This document shows positions 46,120-55,437 of a stretch of 64,000 nt of DNA, piece by piece. Source of the stretch: a virus. Its lineage: Duplodnaviria > Caudoviricetes. The stretch's first letter is position 1, and each line of letters opens with the position of its first letter. The translations under genes and the position numbers were made by a program. Location of the stretch: IMG/VR virus record IMGVR_UViG_3300021387_000688; one strand, written 5' to 3'. The notes beneath the pieces were generated by a model. It was not told the DNA's origin. It searched no databases and worked only from the letters and a program-made list of their open reading frames with translations.

Positions 46120-46584
46120 ATGAAAACATTTTTGAAAAACTTTTTAATCTTTTGTATAGGCTTTACAGTATATCAAACCTGTGAAGGTATTTGGAAAACT
46201 TTTATTAGTCCAGGTGCAGCAGAATCTTTTATGATGGGGTTGGTAGGAGGAACTGTAACTATTTGTATAGGTTTGTTAAATGAAAAAACTTTCAAATGGG
46301 AATGGCCGATTTGGATTCAAGTTTTAATTGGAACTTTTTATGCTTTAGTATTAGAATTGCTAACAGGTTTGATTCTAAATAAATGGTTGTGTCCTATGCT
46401 GCATAAACCTTTGGTTTGGGATTATTCTGATTTGCCATTAAACTTTTATGGATTACTTTGCCCTCAGTTTATACCGGCTTGGATTTTATTAGTAATAGCT
46501 TGCATTACTGTAGATGATTATATAAGGTATAAAGTGTATGGGGAAGAAAAACCCCATTACACTTGGTGGTGGAAAAAGAAATAA
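46120..46584 (+). CDS. CmpB/TMEM229-like (putative ABC type IV) membrane protein
   Basis: 4 TM helices; ELLTG.IL...WDYSDLPLNFYGLLCPQF. Confidence 0.8.
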   Translation: MKTFLKNFLIFCIGFTVYQTCEGIWKTFISPGAAESFMMGLVGGTVTICIGLLNEKTFKWEWPIWIQVLIGTFYALVLELLTGLILNKWLCPMLHKPLVWDYSDLPLNFYGLLCPQFIPAWILLVIACITVDDYIRYKVYGEEKPHYTWWWKKK

Positions 46585-46923
46585 CTATTCTTCTACTTCT
46601 TCCCTTTTAATAGAGAATTCAAAATCGGCTGGAAATTTTTCTTTACAATTCCAGTCGGTTACCATTCCTTCTCTTTCAAGTCTCTTTTTAAGAATTATTC
46701 TAGATTCTTGACCGATTGTTTTTGAACAATTCTTGAAATACATTTTCATATGTTCTTCTTCCCAAGGGATATTGAATTCAACCCAATCAATGGCTTTAAT
46801 TAATCCTTCTTCAGTATCTGCAAATATTTTTGTTTCTTCACTTCCACTTTGCCAATCATCTGAATAATGTGCTACCAAAACGTCCATTCTAATCCCCCTT
46901 AAATCAAATCTGTCCAATTGCAC
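46585..46923 (-). CDS. hypothetical protein
   Basis: ORF in accessory cluster. Confidence 0.6.
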   Translation of the reverse strand: MQLDRFDLRGIRMDVLVAHYSDDWQSGSEETKIFADTEEGLIKAIDWVEFNIPWEEEHMKMYFKNCSKTIGQESRIILKKRLEREGMVTDWNCKEKFPADFEFSIKREEVEE

Positions 46924-47213
46924 CCATATTTTGCTTTAAACTTTTCTGACATTTCAGTAATATGGGAATCTGAATATTGTTCAGAATCTGCAAGATTCTT
47001 TATTTCTAAAGCTTCATTAAAAATTACAGCCAAACGTTTTGCGGCTTCAGATATGTTAAACTGATTGGGCTCTATGTCTTTAAGGTCCCCTAAAGTCTTA
47101 TTATGACATCCGTAAAGCTCCATAAAGTTTTTACGCTTTGCTGCCAATCTCATTTCCGGAGTTATTTCATTAGTATGAAACATTCTTTTAGCAGTTTCAG
47201 TATGAATATCCAT
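46899..47213 (-). CDS. mini-protein carrying an isolated family-A DNA polymerase fingers motif
   Basis: DIHTETAKRMF...ITPEMRLAAKRKNFMELYG matches the PolA DIH..TA..F / motif B R..AK..NF...YG pattern. Confidence 0.7.
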   Translation of the reverse strand: MDIHTETAKRMFHTNEITPEMRLAAKRKNFMELYGCHNKTLGDLKDIEPNQFNISEAAKRLAVIFNEALEIKNLADSEQYSDSHITEMSEKFKAKYGCNWTDLI

Positions 47214-47219
47214 TTAATA

Positions 47220-47570
47220 TTACCCCCACATTTCTTCTATTGATATAACCCTTAAAAGATTTTCAACAGTATTCTTAACCAATTTGGAATCGTATTCTAT
47301 TCCAAAAGAGAAAGCATGTTTATAATATCTAATACGGGTTGTATTTTTCAAAAGAGATTCTATTAATTTTAAAGGTTGCTTATCGAGATTTTCTTGAATA
47401 ATAGTTTCTCCAAAATCTTCTGCAGAAACCTTTGTATATACTTTAAGACGATTGCCATCGGAATTAATTACATCCAAAAACATTGAACCATCTTTTGCAA
47501 ATTCTTTTACTGCAATGGACATACTAGTTTTTTCAAAAAATACACTTCCGTAATTAATTACTGAAAACAT
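47220..47570 (-). CDS. hypothetical protein
   Basis: SD AGGAGG. Confidence 0.7.
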   Translation of the reverse strand: MFSVINYGSVFFEKTSMSIAVKEFAKDGSMFLDVINSDGNRLKVYTKVSAEDFGETIIQENLDKQPLKLIESLLKNTTRIRYYKHAFSFGIEYDSKLVKNTVENLLRVISIEEMWG

Positions 47571-47598
47571 GCAACCTCCTAAAGTATTCTTTCATTCA

Positions 47599-48081
47599 TC
47601 AATATCCATAGAATTCAATTTTATAATTATGTCGATTTCTTGTACCGTCTTGGAATTCTTCAAAAGAACAAGTTAAGGCAACGTACCTAACATCGTAATC
47701 TTCTTCACATTCATGAATTTCTATACCAAGATCGTATTCGTTTACATCATAAGTTTGTTTAGCATAAGCAATTAATTTATTTACGGCATCTAAAACTGCA
47801 GGGAGGTTATTGGAAACTTTAATCTTGGTCAATGTCTCTCCGCCACTACAGGTCATGGGGTTATCCTCATCTTGCTTTTTGACAAAAGATAATTGCCTTC
47901 TGAAAGTTCTACTTACTGCTTCAAAATCTGCATCGCCCTGAGGTAACATACCTTCTGCATGTCGGTCACACCAAGACTTTACAAACTCTTCCTTCTCTGC
48001 ATCTGTATAGCAGGTAGTAAGATAATCGTCGTGATCCAAACCACAAAATTCTTCATCATGATAAATATCCCAAACAGCCAT
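47599..48081 (-). CDS. acidic hypothetical protein
   Basis: SD AGGAGG. Confidence 0.7.
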   Translation of the reverse strand: MAVWDIYHDEEFCGLDHDDYLTTCYTDAEKEEFVKSWCDRHAEGMLPQGDADFEAVSRTFRRQLSFVKKQDEDNPMTCSGGETLTKIKVSNNLPAVLDAVNKLIAYAKQTYDVNEYDLGIEIHECEEDYDVRYVALTCSFEEFQDGTRNRHNYKIEFYGY

Positions 48082-48091
48082 ATGTTACCTC

Positions 48092-48532
48092 CTACAGTAA
48101 TCTTGGATCTATTCCATCATATTGATGAGCTTCTGTTTTAAGAGCTCGGGCAATACTTTCTATATCCCCGTTCGTTATCAAAGTTCTAGCCTTTTCACGA
48201 TAACGTTCCATTTCGGCTTCTTCCTTAGCACGATTTTCAGCTCGGTAGTGTTCATAAATAGCTTCTTCCAAATCTTTTTTATACTCTCTTTCAAGAGCTT
48301 TGTACTGTTTGATTTCTTCGGATATATTGTAATGCTTTTTTAGATAGGCCTGACTGTAATCTTCGTATCTTCCTTTACCCGTAACATAGGAATAAAGAAT
48401 ATTTTCAATAGTTGGATGTAAGTTCATTGAGTAGATAATTTCTTTGATATTGGCAGCGTTTAATTTAGCATCTTTTGGAAAGCCTCTGTCGGCCTGGTTC
48501 AACTGAGTTTTTGTAGGTTTTACATCGAACAT
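48092..48532 (-). CDS. hypothetical protein
   Basis: Start refined to ATG 48532 (MFDVK), SD AGGAG. Confidence 0.7.
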   Translation of the reverse strand: MFDVKPTKTQLNQADRGFPKDAKLNAANIKEIIYSMNLHPTIENILYSYVTGKGRYEDYSQAYLKKHYNISEEIKQYKALEREYKKDLEEAIYEHYRAENRAKEEAEMERYREKARTLITNGDIESIARALKTEAHQYDGIDPRLL

Positions 48533-48556
48533 ACTATTATCTCCTATTATGATAAT

Positions 48557-48589
48557 AATATAGCAAATTCCTGGATTCCGGGTTTCCAA
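48557..48589 (-). promoter_or_regulatory. GAAA-N20-TATATT class promoter
   Basis: TTGGAAA-cccggaaTCCAGGaatttgC-TATATT. Confidence 0.6.
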
Positions 48590-48600
48590 AAAGCAAAAGA

Positions 48601-48624
48601 AAAACTCCAGAATTTCTGGAGTTT
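48601..48624 (-). terminator. intrinsic terminator
   Basis: AAACTCCAGA-AT-TTCTGGAGTTT inverted repeat. Confidence 0.65.
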
Positions 48625-48643
48625 AATATTAGAAGATTTTTAA

Positions 48644-49168
48644 TTAATACTCTTCATCTTCATCCTCATAATCATCTTCCTCTTCTGCCCAAGGATCAAA
48701 ATCATCCTCATAATCTTCTTCCTCTTCTTCAGAAGTCTGGATGTAACCATCATAAAGATTCTGTCCACTTTCGGTATCATATACATCGATACGAATCATT
48801 CCTTCATCGTATTCAACTTCTACTTTTGCTTTTCCTGAAGGTACGTCTACAAAAACTCCAAGACCTTCAATATCTGAACGATCTTCTCCGAAATATGCTG
48901 AACCCGTAACACCGATGTTTCCGGCATCAACTCCAAACTCATTTCCTTTTTCATCCGTATAGCTACCATCTCCGTAAGCAGTAGAAACGGTTACGGCTGC
49001 AATAATATCAGTACCTGCAACTACAGGAATAAGCCCATCCTGAAAATCTAATGCATCTCCCCAACATTTTTGATAAGTATCATCGTTCAATGCATAACAA
49101 ATGTCCCCAATAAAAAGTCTAGGACTTTTAATGGTTGCATAGAAAGTTTCGTTTTCGCGTCTTGCCAT
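48644..49168 (-). CDS. conserved phage-type hypothetical protein with acidic tail
   Basis: IGDICY...TAYGDGSY...FGVDAGNIG; poly-D/E C-terminus. Confidence 0.7.
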   Translation of the reverse strand: MARRENETFYATIKSPRLFIGDICYALNDDTYQKCWGDALDFQDGLIPVVAGTDIIAAVTVSTAYGDGSYTDEKGNEFGVDAGNIGVTGSAYFGEDRSDIEGLGVFVDVPSGKAKVEVEYDEGMIRIDVYDTESGQNLYDGYIQTSEEEEEDYEDDFDPWAEEEDDYEDEDEEY

Positions 49169-49220
49169 ATTTAATCTCCTTAATTAAAATAGCTTTTTCA
49201 GATCAACTATTTAAAATCTT

Positions 49221-49514
49221 ATGGACGACTATTTAGGAAACCTCAAACACAAGTTAGAATACCTTATGAAGATGGCAAGTATTTACGGTCTTTATAGAGT
49301 TCCTTTGGATTGGTTTGAAGTCTGCGTTGTATCAAACGAAGGTGAAAAAGGCCCAAAAGATATTATACACGGTTACGGTACAACTTACAAGATGGATGAT
49401 CTTCTAAATATGTACCCCGATGAATTAAATAGAATGCTAACCGCTTGCGCTGTAGTTCTTAAAAAAGATAAACAAGGTTATACATTCATTGCAAAAGAAT
49501 TGTGTAAAAATTAA
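49221..49514 (+). CDS. hypothetical protein
   Basis: ORF after ACTATTTA motif. Confidence 0.6.
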   Translation: MDDYLGNLKHKLEYLMKMASIYGLYRVPLDWFEVCVVSNEGEKGPKDIIHGYGTTYKMDDLLNMYPDELNRMLTACAVVLKKDKQGYTFIAKELCKN

Positions 49515-50116
49515 TCCTCCTGCTTCTTTGTATATTTCCACAAATCGATATTTGTTTTATCAAAAGCGGCTTCAATACCTTTATAAGTTTTTGGGTCGTT
49601 TTCTTTGATATAATTCATTACCTTATAAATATCTTTATAAACATTGTCCACGATGTCTTTATTGTAACGGGTTTTAATCAACTCACTTGTAACCATATAC
49701 AAGAAGCTCATAGTGGTAAGTTCATCGTATTCTTTATTTCTGGTAAAGAATTCCTGAATCCGAGAATTGTAATAAATCCAGAAACTGCCAGATATAATTA
49801 ATAGAATTGCTTCTACAGAGTATGTTAAAATGAGTGGAAGGGTAGTAGGACCTTTAAATACGCTGGCATAGATAATAGCAACTCCAATTGTAAGTGCAAT
49901 TAATACGCACATTGCTCCAAAAAGTTTCTGCCATATAGAATTTTTTCTAAAAAGCTTTTCATAGTCTTTCCAGAAAATGGTTTTTTCCTGATACTTATCA
50001 ATATCTTCATATTTCTTATCAAAGTCATCGATGAAGCCTTTGATGTCTTCTTTATTCAAAGAAGCCTTAATAGCTTCAATACATTCTTTTCGAGTTTTTT
50101 TAACATCTATTTCCAT
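49511..50116 (-). CDS. two-TM membrane protein
   Basis: two hydrophobic helices; SD GGGAGG. Confidence 0.7.
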   Translation of the reverse strand: MEIDVKKTRKECIEAIKASLNKEDIKGFIDDFDKKYEDIDKYQEKTIFWKDYEKLFRKNSIWQKLFGAMCVLIALTIGVAIIYASVFKGPTTLPLILTYSVEAILLIISGSFWIYYNSRIQEFFTRNKEYDELTTMSFLYMVTSELIKTRYNKDIVDNVYKDIYKVMNYIKENDPKTYKGIEAAFDKTNIDLWKYTKKQED

Positions 50117-50134
50117 AGTTAATTCCTCCCTATA

Positions 50135-50347
50135 TTAGCAACCCATATATCTTACTTGATTGCAATTAAGTATCAACCTATCTGCAACTTCGACTGCACC
50201 AATGCCATTACCTGTAGAGTCTCCTATATGATGCATGTTTACTTCTACTCCAGGCTCTACTACAATTAATTCAATCAACTTTTCATCGGGGATGTTTTCA
50301 ATAAACTTTTTAAGCTCCCCTACATTCTTGACACCGACTATTTCCAT
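50135..50347 (-). CDS. small hypothetical protein
   Basis: SD GAGG. Confidence 0.65.
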   Translation of the reverse strand: MEIVGVKNVGELKKFIENIPDEKLIELIVVEPGVEVNMHHIGDSTGNGIGAVEVADRLILNCNQVRYMGC

Positions 50348-50356
50348 TTTTACCTC

Positions 50357-50713
50357 TTAGCGAATAAAGTGGATTTCTGTAGCTCCCGAATCGATGATTT
50401 CAATTTCACCATTAGGAGTAGTTACAATCGATCCATCCTGTTTAAGCAAATGGATTTCACCCGTTACTTTATATTTATAAAACTGAATGCGGTTTTTATC
50501 TTTTACAAGAGAGATTATATTTTCGTTGGTTTGTACTGTAGTTGTTACATCTGCGTTCATTGCTTCGACAGTAGTAACTCCACCGTTATTAAATGCAATA
50601 TAACTTACATGAGAAGGAATACCCACTCCCTGAATAACTTTATTTTCTGTAAAGCTACAACCTGTAAGAATAAGGGCTGTACCCAAAACCAAACCCGCAA
50701 GAATCTTTTTCAT
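50357..50713 (-). CDS. lipoprotein
   Basis: MKKILAGLVLGTALILTG-C lipobox. Confidence 0.8.
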   Translation of the reverse strand: MKKILAGLVLGTALILTGCSFTENKVIQGVGIPSHVSYIAFNNGGVTTVEAMNADVTTTVQTNENIISLVKDKNRIQFYKYKVTGEIHLLKQDGSIVTTPNGEIEIIDSGATEIHFIR

Positions 50714-50816
50714 AACTTACCTCTATGATATACTATGCTAATATTATAGCTTAAACCAGAAGCTTAAATACCTAAAAATTAAGCTATATATAATATATTG
50801 TTAAAAGGAGTTTAGT

Positions 50817-51152
50817 ATGAGAGATCAAGACGAAGTATTCGAAACAGGTATACGCAAGTGGCTTGAATTGAATGATTATAAAGAAGGGGAATGGGTTGTA
50901 ATCAGCAATGATGGGGATGCACAGTGTTTAGCTGCTAACAACACAGAAGAGATCGTAACAATTGCACAAGATGTATATGCACAGGTTGGCGGATTCGAAT
51001 TCCAAATTGAATCTGAGTATTCTGATATAGAAGAAATCCAAACACCAGAAGATTGCGCAGAATTAGTAGAAGGTTATTGGGATGCTTTTATGGTTGTTAT
51101 GAAAATTTTGAGACCTGAATCAGGTGAAGGTATAGTTGACTTATCCAGATAA
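50817..51152 (+). CDS. small highly acidic protein
   Basis: about 27 D/E vs about 7 K/R in 111 aa (manual count); SD AGGAG. Confidence 0.7.
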   Translation: MRDQDEVFETGIRKWLELNDYKEGEWVVISNDGDAQCLAANNTEEIVTIAQDVYAQVGGFEFQIESEYSDIEEIQTPEDCAELVEGYWDAFMVVMKILRPESGEGIVDLSR

Positions 51153-51162
51153 GGAGTAGATA

Positions 51163-52116
51163 ATGGAACAACAGTTTTTTGTATCTAAAGGTTTTTACTA
51201 CGAGGACACTGAAGTAGATGGAGAACCTGCAATAGATGAAGGATTCATATTTCCAGAGATAGAAGCTTCTAATGGCGGTCAAATAATGACTGCAGCCCAA
51301 ATCAAAGAAATGCTAAGAGATCATATCACTATCGGTGATTTCGATTCTACAAAGGTAAATATAAAAGGTAATTACGAAGACACCTATTGTGAAATCTCTA
51401 TTATGAAGGACGGTGCAAAGATTGGAGAATTGAATGTAACTGAATATTTTGATACTCGCCAGTTTGAAGCTTTGTTTACTATTGCAGATGGGGAAGTAGA
51501 AAAACATCCTGCACTTATAGAATCTGAAGGTAATCCAAAAACTGAAAAAGCACTTAAGGTTTGCCAAAAGGTTTGCGAGAAATATCCAGAAATTAAAAGT
51601 GTAGGGCTTTCAGAACCTTTTCACGATCACATTGTAATTCTTTTTGATGGACCTAATCCAGAATTGATTAAAAAGCTTCGTGGATATTTTGATTATGACC
51701 ATCCAAAAGATTTACCTGACGGCGGAACACAGATTCCTGTAATTCAAGGTGAATTAGAAAAAGCCCTTGAAGAAGTTGGGCTTGAAATGGGTGGCGGATG
51801 GGACTACGTTCCTAATGAAGAAGCCGCTAGAGCCGATTACAATAATTGGTTGAAGGATAATCCTAGACCAGTTGACCCTACAAGCGATTATTATAAATGG
51901 AAGAGCAGGTCCTATTATGATAGAACTAAGGGCGCGGGTGCTAGAGAGTATGCTAAGTTTAAAGACGAATTACCTGCTTGGAAAGAAAAGTATGATAAGG
52001 CTAAAGGAGGGTTTGCCCCTGAACACTTACCAGGAATGTACTTTAGTGTACAGAGATTAGGAATGAGTGATGAAATAAATGCGTTCTATTCAGGAACGAA
52101 TTATTGGGGTGACTAA
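51163..52116 (+). CDS. hypothetical protein
   Basis: SD AAGGAG; internal LIE linker. Confidence 0.75.
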   Translation: MEQQFFVSKGFYYEDTEVDGEPAIDEGFIFPEIEASNGGQIMTAAQIKEMLRDHITIGDFDSTKVNIKGNYEDTYCEISIMKDGAKIGELNVTEYFDTRQFEALFTIADGEVEKHPALIESEGNPKTEKALKVCQKVCEKYPEIKSVGLSEPFHDHIVILFDGPNPELIKKLRGYFDYDHPKDLPDGGTQIPVIQGELEKALEEVGLEMGGGWDYVPNEEAARADYNNWLKDNPRPVDPTSDYYKWKSRSYYDRTKGAGAREYAKFKDELPAWKEKYDKAKGGFAPEHLPGMYFSVQRLGMSDEINAFYSGTNYWGD

Positions 52117-52121
52117 CCAAT

Positions 52122-52150
52122 AAAAAAGCCTCTCTTTTCAGAGAGGCTAT
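52122..52150. terminator. bidirectional terminator
   Basis: AAAAAAGCCTCTC-TTTTCA-GAGAGGCT. Confidence 0.8.
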
Positions 52151-52174
52151 TATTTTGCAATTTTTAAATTAAAA

Positions 52175-53080
52175 TTATCTTGATTGTAGGTATTCGTAGT
52201 ATTCCCACATAACTGCAGCGCACTCAGGATCGTATCCCTCATCCCCTTCACCTATAACATCTTCAAGGAATTCATCTTCAGATTTATCAGGATTGTACTT
52301 AAACATTCTTTCTACGTCCGCTTTCATATATTTACTTAATCCTGGGAAAGATTTTTCAGATTCCTGCAAATCATTAAGAGTAACTTCTCCATAAGCTTTA
52401 CCTGCAGTGTCATCTCGAATATCTCTTTGACCGATACCTAAGCTCATAATTTCTTCAGGATCTAAGTCTACAGATAGCCAAGAACCCATCTGGAAATTAT
52501 CAGGAATTTCTGATACATATCCTGTATAATCCCCTCCTCGTTCTATTGGTAATGCATCTCTACCATTTACGAGCTTATCATATATTTTCTTATATTTACG
52601 AACAGAAGCTACATCATTTCCGAATACAATAATTCCTTCATATCTTTCAGATTCAGGTTCTGTAGCGTAAAGAGGCCATACCCTACCACTAGAGACTCCA
52701 AACATTTCCTTGTTTTTAATCCAATGACTTAAGTCATCTGCCATCTCATCTGTAAAATCTACGGATAGGCGGTCGGCTTTAATTTCAGAAGATTGTCTAG
52801 TTAATTTATTCAACCCCATTTTAGGGTGACGCCAAGCATATTCCTTAGGGTTCCACAAATACAAATAATATCTTCCTTCGATCTTTGCAAGCCCAAATCC
52901 AAAAAGTTCTATACCTTTCTTTATATTTTGCATTGCCATCAATCCAAATAGTTGCTCAACATTTATATCTGTTATATGAACACTATATCTATGAGGCGGT
53001 AATTGTTTTCCCTTTTTAGCTTTTTCTATTCCCTTTGCACTCCAAGGCTTTGGATCAAACAATCCTTCGTTTACCCTCAT
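52175..53080 (-). CDS. hypothetical protein (possible head-internal protein)
   Basis: N-terminus MRVNE-G, internal LQE-S; in an ACTAAATA-driven operon. Confidence 0.65.
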   Translation of the reverse strand: MRVNEGLFDPKPWSAKGIEKAKKGKQLPPHRYSVHITDINVEQLFGLMAMQNIKKGIELFGFGLAKIEGRYYLYLWNPKEYAWRHPKMGLNKLTRQSSEIKADRLSVDFTDEMADDLSHWIKNKEMFGVSSGRVWPLYATEPESERYEGIIVFGNDVASVRKYKKIYDKLVNGRDALPIERGGDYTGYVSEIPDNFQMGSWLSVDLDPEEIMSLGIGQRDIRDDTAGKAYGEVTLNDLQESEKSFPGLSKYMKADVERMFKYNPDKSEDEFLEDVIGEGDEGYDPECAAVMWEYYEYLQSR

Positions 53081-53512
53081 TTACATCTCCTCGTTCAATA
53101 CTTCAGCTAAAGCATTAAAACCATCTAATAAGAATGATTCAAAATCCTGATCGTCATCATCTTCCGAATCCCAATCGTCCTCAAAGATTGCTCCATCATC
53201 TTTATCAAAAACTCTCATAGAGACTACGACAGCGCCGTCGTCCCTTAAGTCAAAGGATAAACTAACGCTATATGGACCATACTCTAGAATAACACCTAGA
53301 TCCGGCTCATTAAAATAATTATCATCCGGCTCGAAGGCAAACCCATCTGCAACATCCCAAGCTTTATCTAACAACATTGCAAATCTATCCCGAGCTTCTT
53401 CAAGTATATCATTCCTTCTTTCAATGTACGCGATTTTATCATTATTCTTTTTAATCGCTTTATTAAACATATTTTGAAAAATAGTATTAGTTTGTTTGAA
53501 ACAGTTTAACAT
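53081..53512 (-). CDS. acidic hypothetical protein
   Basis: late motif at 53527-53534; FEDDWDSEDDDDQDFE. Confidence 0.7.
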   Translation of the reverse strand: MLNCFKQTNTIFQNMFNKAIKKNNDKIAYIERRNDILEEARDRFAMLLDKAWDVADGFAFEPDDNYFNEPDLGVILEYGPYSVSLSFDLRDDGAVVVSMRVFDKDDGAIFEDDWDSEDDDDQDFESFLLDGFNALAEVLNEEM

Positions 53513-53576
53513 ATTAACCTCTATCTTATTTAGTAATAGGTAAAAGAAAAGTCAGCCTTTCGACTGACCTTGTTCA

Positions 53577-54803
53577 TTATTCTGCAGCTTTAAAGTTGTA
53601 GATAGGCTTGATGATAGAAATCACTTCTGCATTATCCTTAATATTTTCAAGGATTTCATCAGCTGGTTTGTAAGCCATTGGAGCTTCATCGATAGTAGAA
53701 ACACAAACCGAAGTTGTATAAATATCCTTCATGGATGCCTTAAAGTCTTCCATCTTCAAAGTTTCCTTTGCTTTAGATCGAGACATTAATCTTCCTGCCC
53801 CGTGAGGTCCAGAAGCGTTCCAATCTGGATTTCCTTTACCCTTAACAATCAAAGAACCGAATTGCATGTTGATAGGAATAATTGCCATTTCATCATTTTG
53901 TAAGGAGATTGCACCCTTGCGCAAGATACCATTCTTGATATCTATATAGTTGTGAATAGTACAGAACTCATCCAAAATGTGCCTCTTCTTGATTCCCATT
54001 TCTTCAATAAGAACATCCATCATAGCTTCACGATTTAAGCGAGCAAATTCCTGACAGATATCCATGTCGTGAATATATCCATCTACGTCAGCTCCCTCCA
54101 AGTAAGAAAGTTCGCGGGAAACAACTACAGTAGGAATCTTTGAGATTTCAGCCTGTATATCCTTTTCACGGCCTTCTCTTTTAAGCTTGTTGATTAAGTC
54201 GTTCTTAACCTTAGAGTTGTTCTTATGATATTCAACGGCCTTGTTTTCCCAATACTTTGCTACAGCAATTCCTAAGTGACGAGAACCTGAATGTATTACA
54301 ATGTAATAGTCTCCGTTTTCATCCTTGTCGATTTCTACGAAGTGGTTTCCTCCGCCAAGTGAACCCATAGCGAAAAGTTCTTTGTCATAATCTGCATCAG
54401 CAATTAATTCGCGGATACGAGAGAAATCTTTTGCAAATCTGTGAAGAGTTTTTCTGTGGTTCATTCCAGATGGAACCTTAGTATGCATAATCTTGTCGAA
54501 CTTTTCCAATCCCGGCTTGTTGAATAATTGACGGCCTGCTTCTGCAGAAATCTTCAAAACCAACATACCGCAGCCTATATCCACGCCAACCATGTTAGGG
54601 TTAACACGAGGATTGTCCTTGTTTATTTTTTGAGTGAATCCAATACAAGATCCCTTGCCAGCATGAGTATCTGGCATAATAGCAATATTGCAATTTTCTA
54701 CAACTGGCGAATTCATAAATCCGTAGATTTGTGAAACACATTCTTCTTCTACAGTTGTAGCATAAACTTTAGCTGTACCATATTTTCCTGTTATTTCAAA
54801 CAT
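53577..54803 (-). CDS. rtcB: RtcB family RNA ligase (3'-phosphate/cyclic phosphate to 5'-OH)
   Basis: MPDTHAG, VGVDIGCG, GSLGGGNHFVE, HSGSR, HNYI, RKGA, HGAGR, DEAPMAYK. Confidence 0.95.
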   Translation of the reverse strand: MFEITGKYGTAKVYATTVEEECVSQIYGFMNSPVVENCNIAIMPDTHAGKGSCIGFTQKINKDNPRVNPNMVGVDIGCGMLVLKISAEAGRQLFNKPGLEKFDKIMHTKVPSGMNHRKTLHRFAKDFSRIRELIADADYDKELFAMGSLGGGNHFVEIDKDENGDYYIVIHSGSRHLGIAVAKYWENKAVEYHKNNSKVKNDLINKLKREGREKDIQAEISKIPTVVVSRELSYLEGADVDGYIHDMDICQEFARLNREAMMDVLIEEMGIKKRHILDEFCTIHNYIDIKNGILRKGAISLQNDEMAIIPINMQFGSLIVKGKGNPDWNASGPHGAGRLMSRSKAKETLKMEDFKASMKDIYTTSVCVSTIDEAPMAYKPADEILENIKDNAEVISIIKPIYNFKAAE

Positions 54804-54805
54804 AA

Positions 54806-55027
54806 TTATAATCCTTCTCTTTTACAATAATCTCGGAACCATTCAGTTCTTTTAAGCTTTTCAATCATATTTTTAACACGTTTACTTGAATCTGTCCTTC
54901 TCGGGCCAAACTCTGCATATTCCTGTTTGGGTTTAAACATTTCCTCTTCCAACATTTCTTCCTCTGTAGGATAAGGTGTTATTTTTTCAACGTGTTTTGA
55001 ATTTCCTATTAAATCAAATCCATTCAT
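54806..55027 (-). CDS. small hypothetical protein
   Basis: SD AGGAG, operonic with rtcB. Confidence 0.65.
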   Translation of the reverse strand: MNGFDLIGNSKHVEKITPYPTEEEMLEEEMFKPKQEYAEFGPRRTDSSKRVKNMIEKLKRTEWFRDYCKREGL

Positions 55028-55029
55028 AA

Positions 55030-55353
55030 TTATACTCCTAATACGTACGGAAATGCTTTTTCAAAACGCTTTACATAAGGGATTAAATCCTTTACATCTT
55101 TTTCAAACTTTGTACCAACTCTACGATCTACATAATCCTTCAATTCATGATAGATTGTACTTATCGCATTTTCTTTTCCTTTCCAAGGATTGCCTTTATC
55201 TGTACCACAGAAATATGTATAACCTGAACTTGAAGCTCTGTTTGGAATTCCAAGTGTATAAATATCTGCATACATATTGTTATCAATTGTACACTTTGCA
55301 AAACCTTTTCGAGTTGGAATACTCAAAAGAAATTCGTGATCAGATAAAGTCAT
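55030..55353 (-). CDS. hypothetical protein
   Basis: SD AAGGAG. Confidence 0.7.
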   Translation of the reverse strand: MTLSDHEFLLSIPTRKGFAKCTIDNNMYADIYTLGIPNRASSSGYTYFCGTDKGNPWKGKENAISTIYHELKDYVDRRVGTKFEKDVKDLIPYVKRFEKAFPYVLGV

Positions 55354-55372
55354 TTAAATTCTCCTTGATAAT

Positions 55373-55406
55373 AATATCGCAAAAAAATGGGTCTTGAATT
55401 TCTCAA
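55373..55406 (-). promoter_or_regulatory. GAAA-N20-GATATT class promoter (overlaps terminator hairpin 55389-55411)
   Basis: TTGAGAAA-ttcaagacccatttttttgC-GATATT. Confidence 0.55.
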
Positions 55407-55437
55407 GACCCTTACAAAAAGCTAAAAAATAAAGAAA

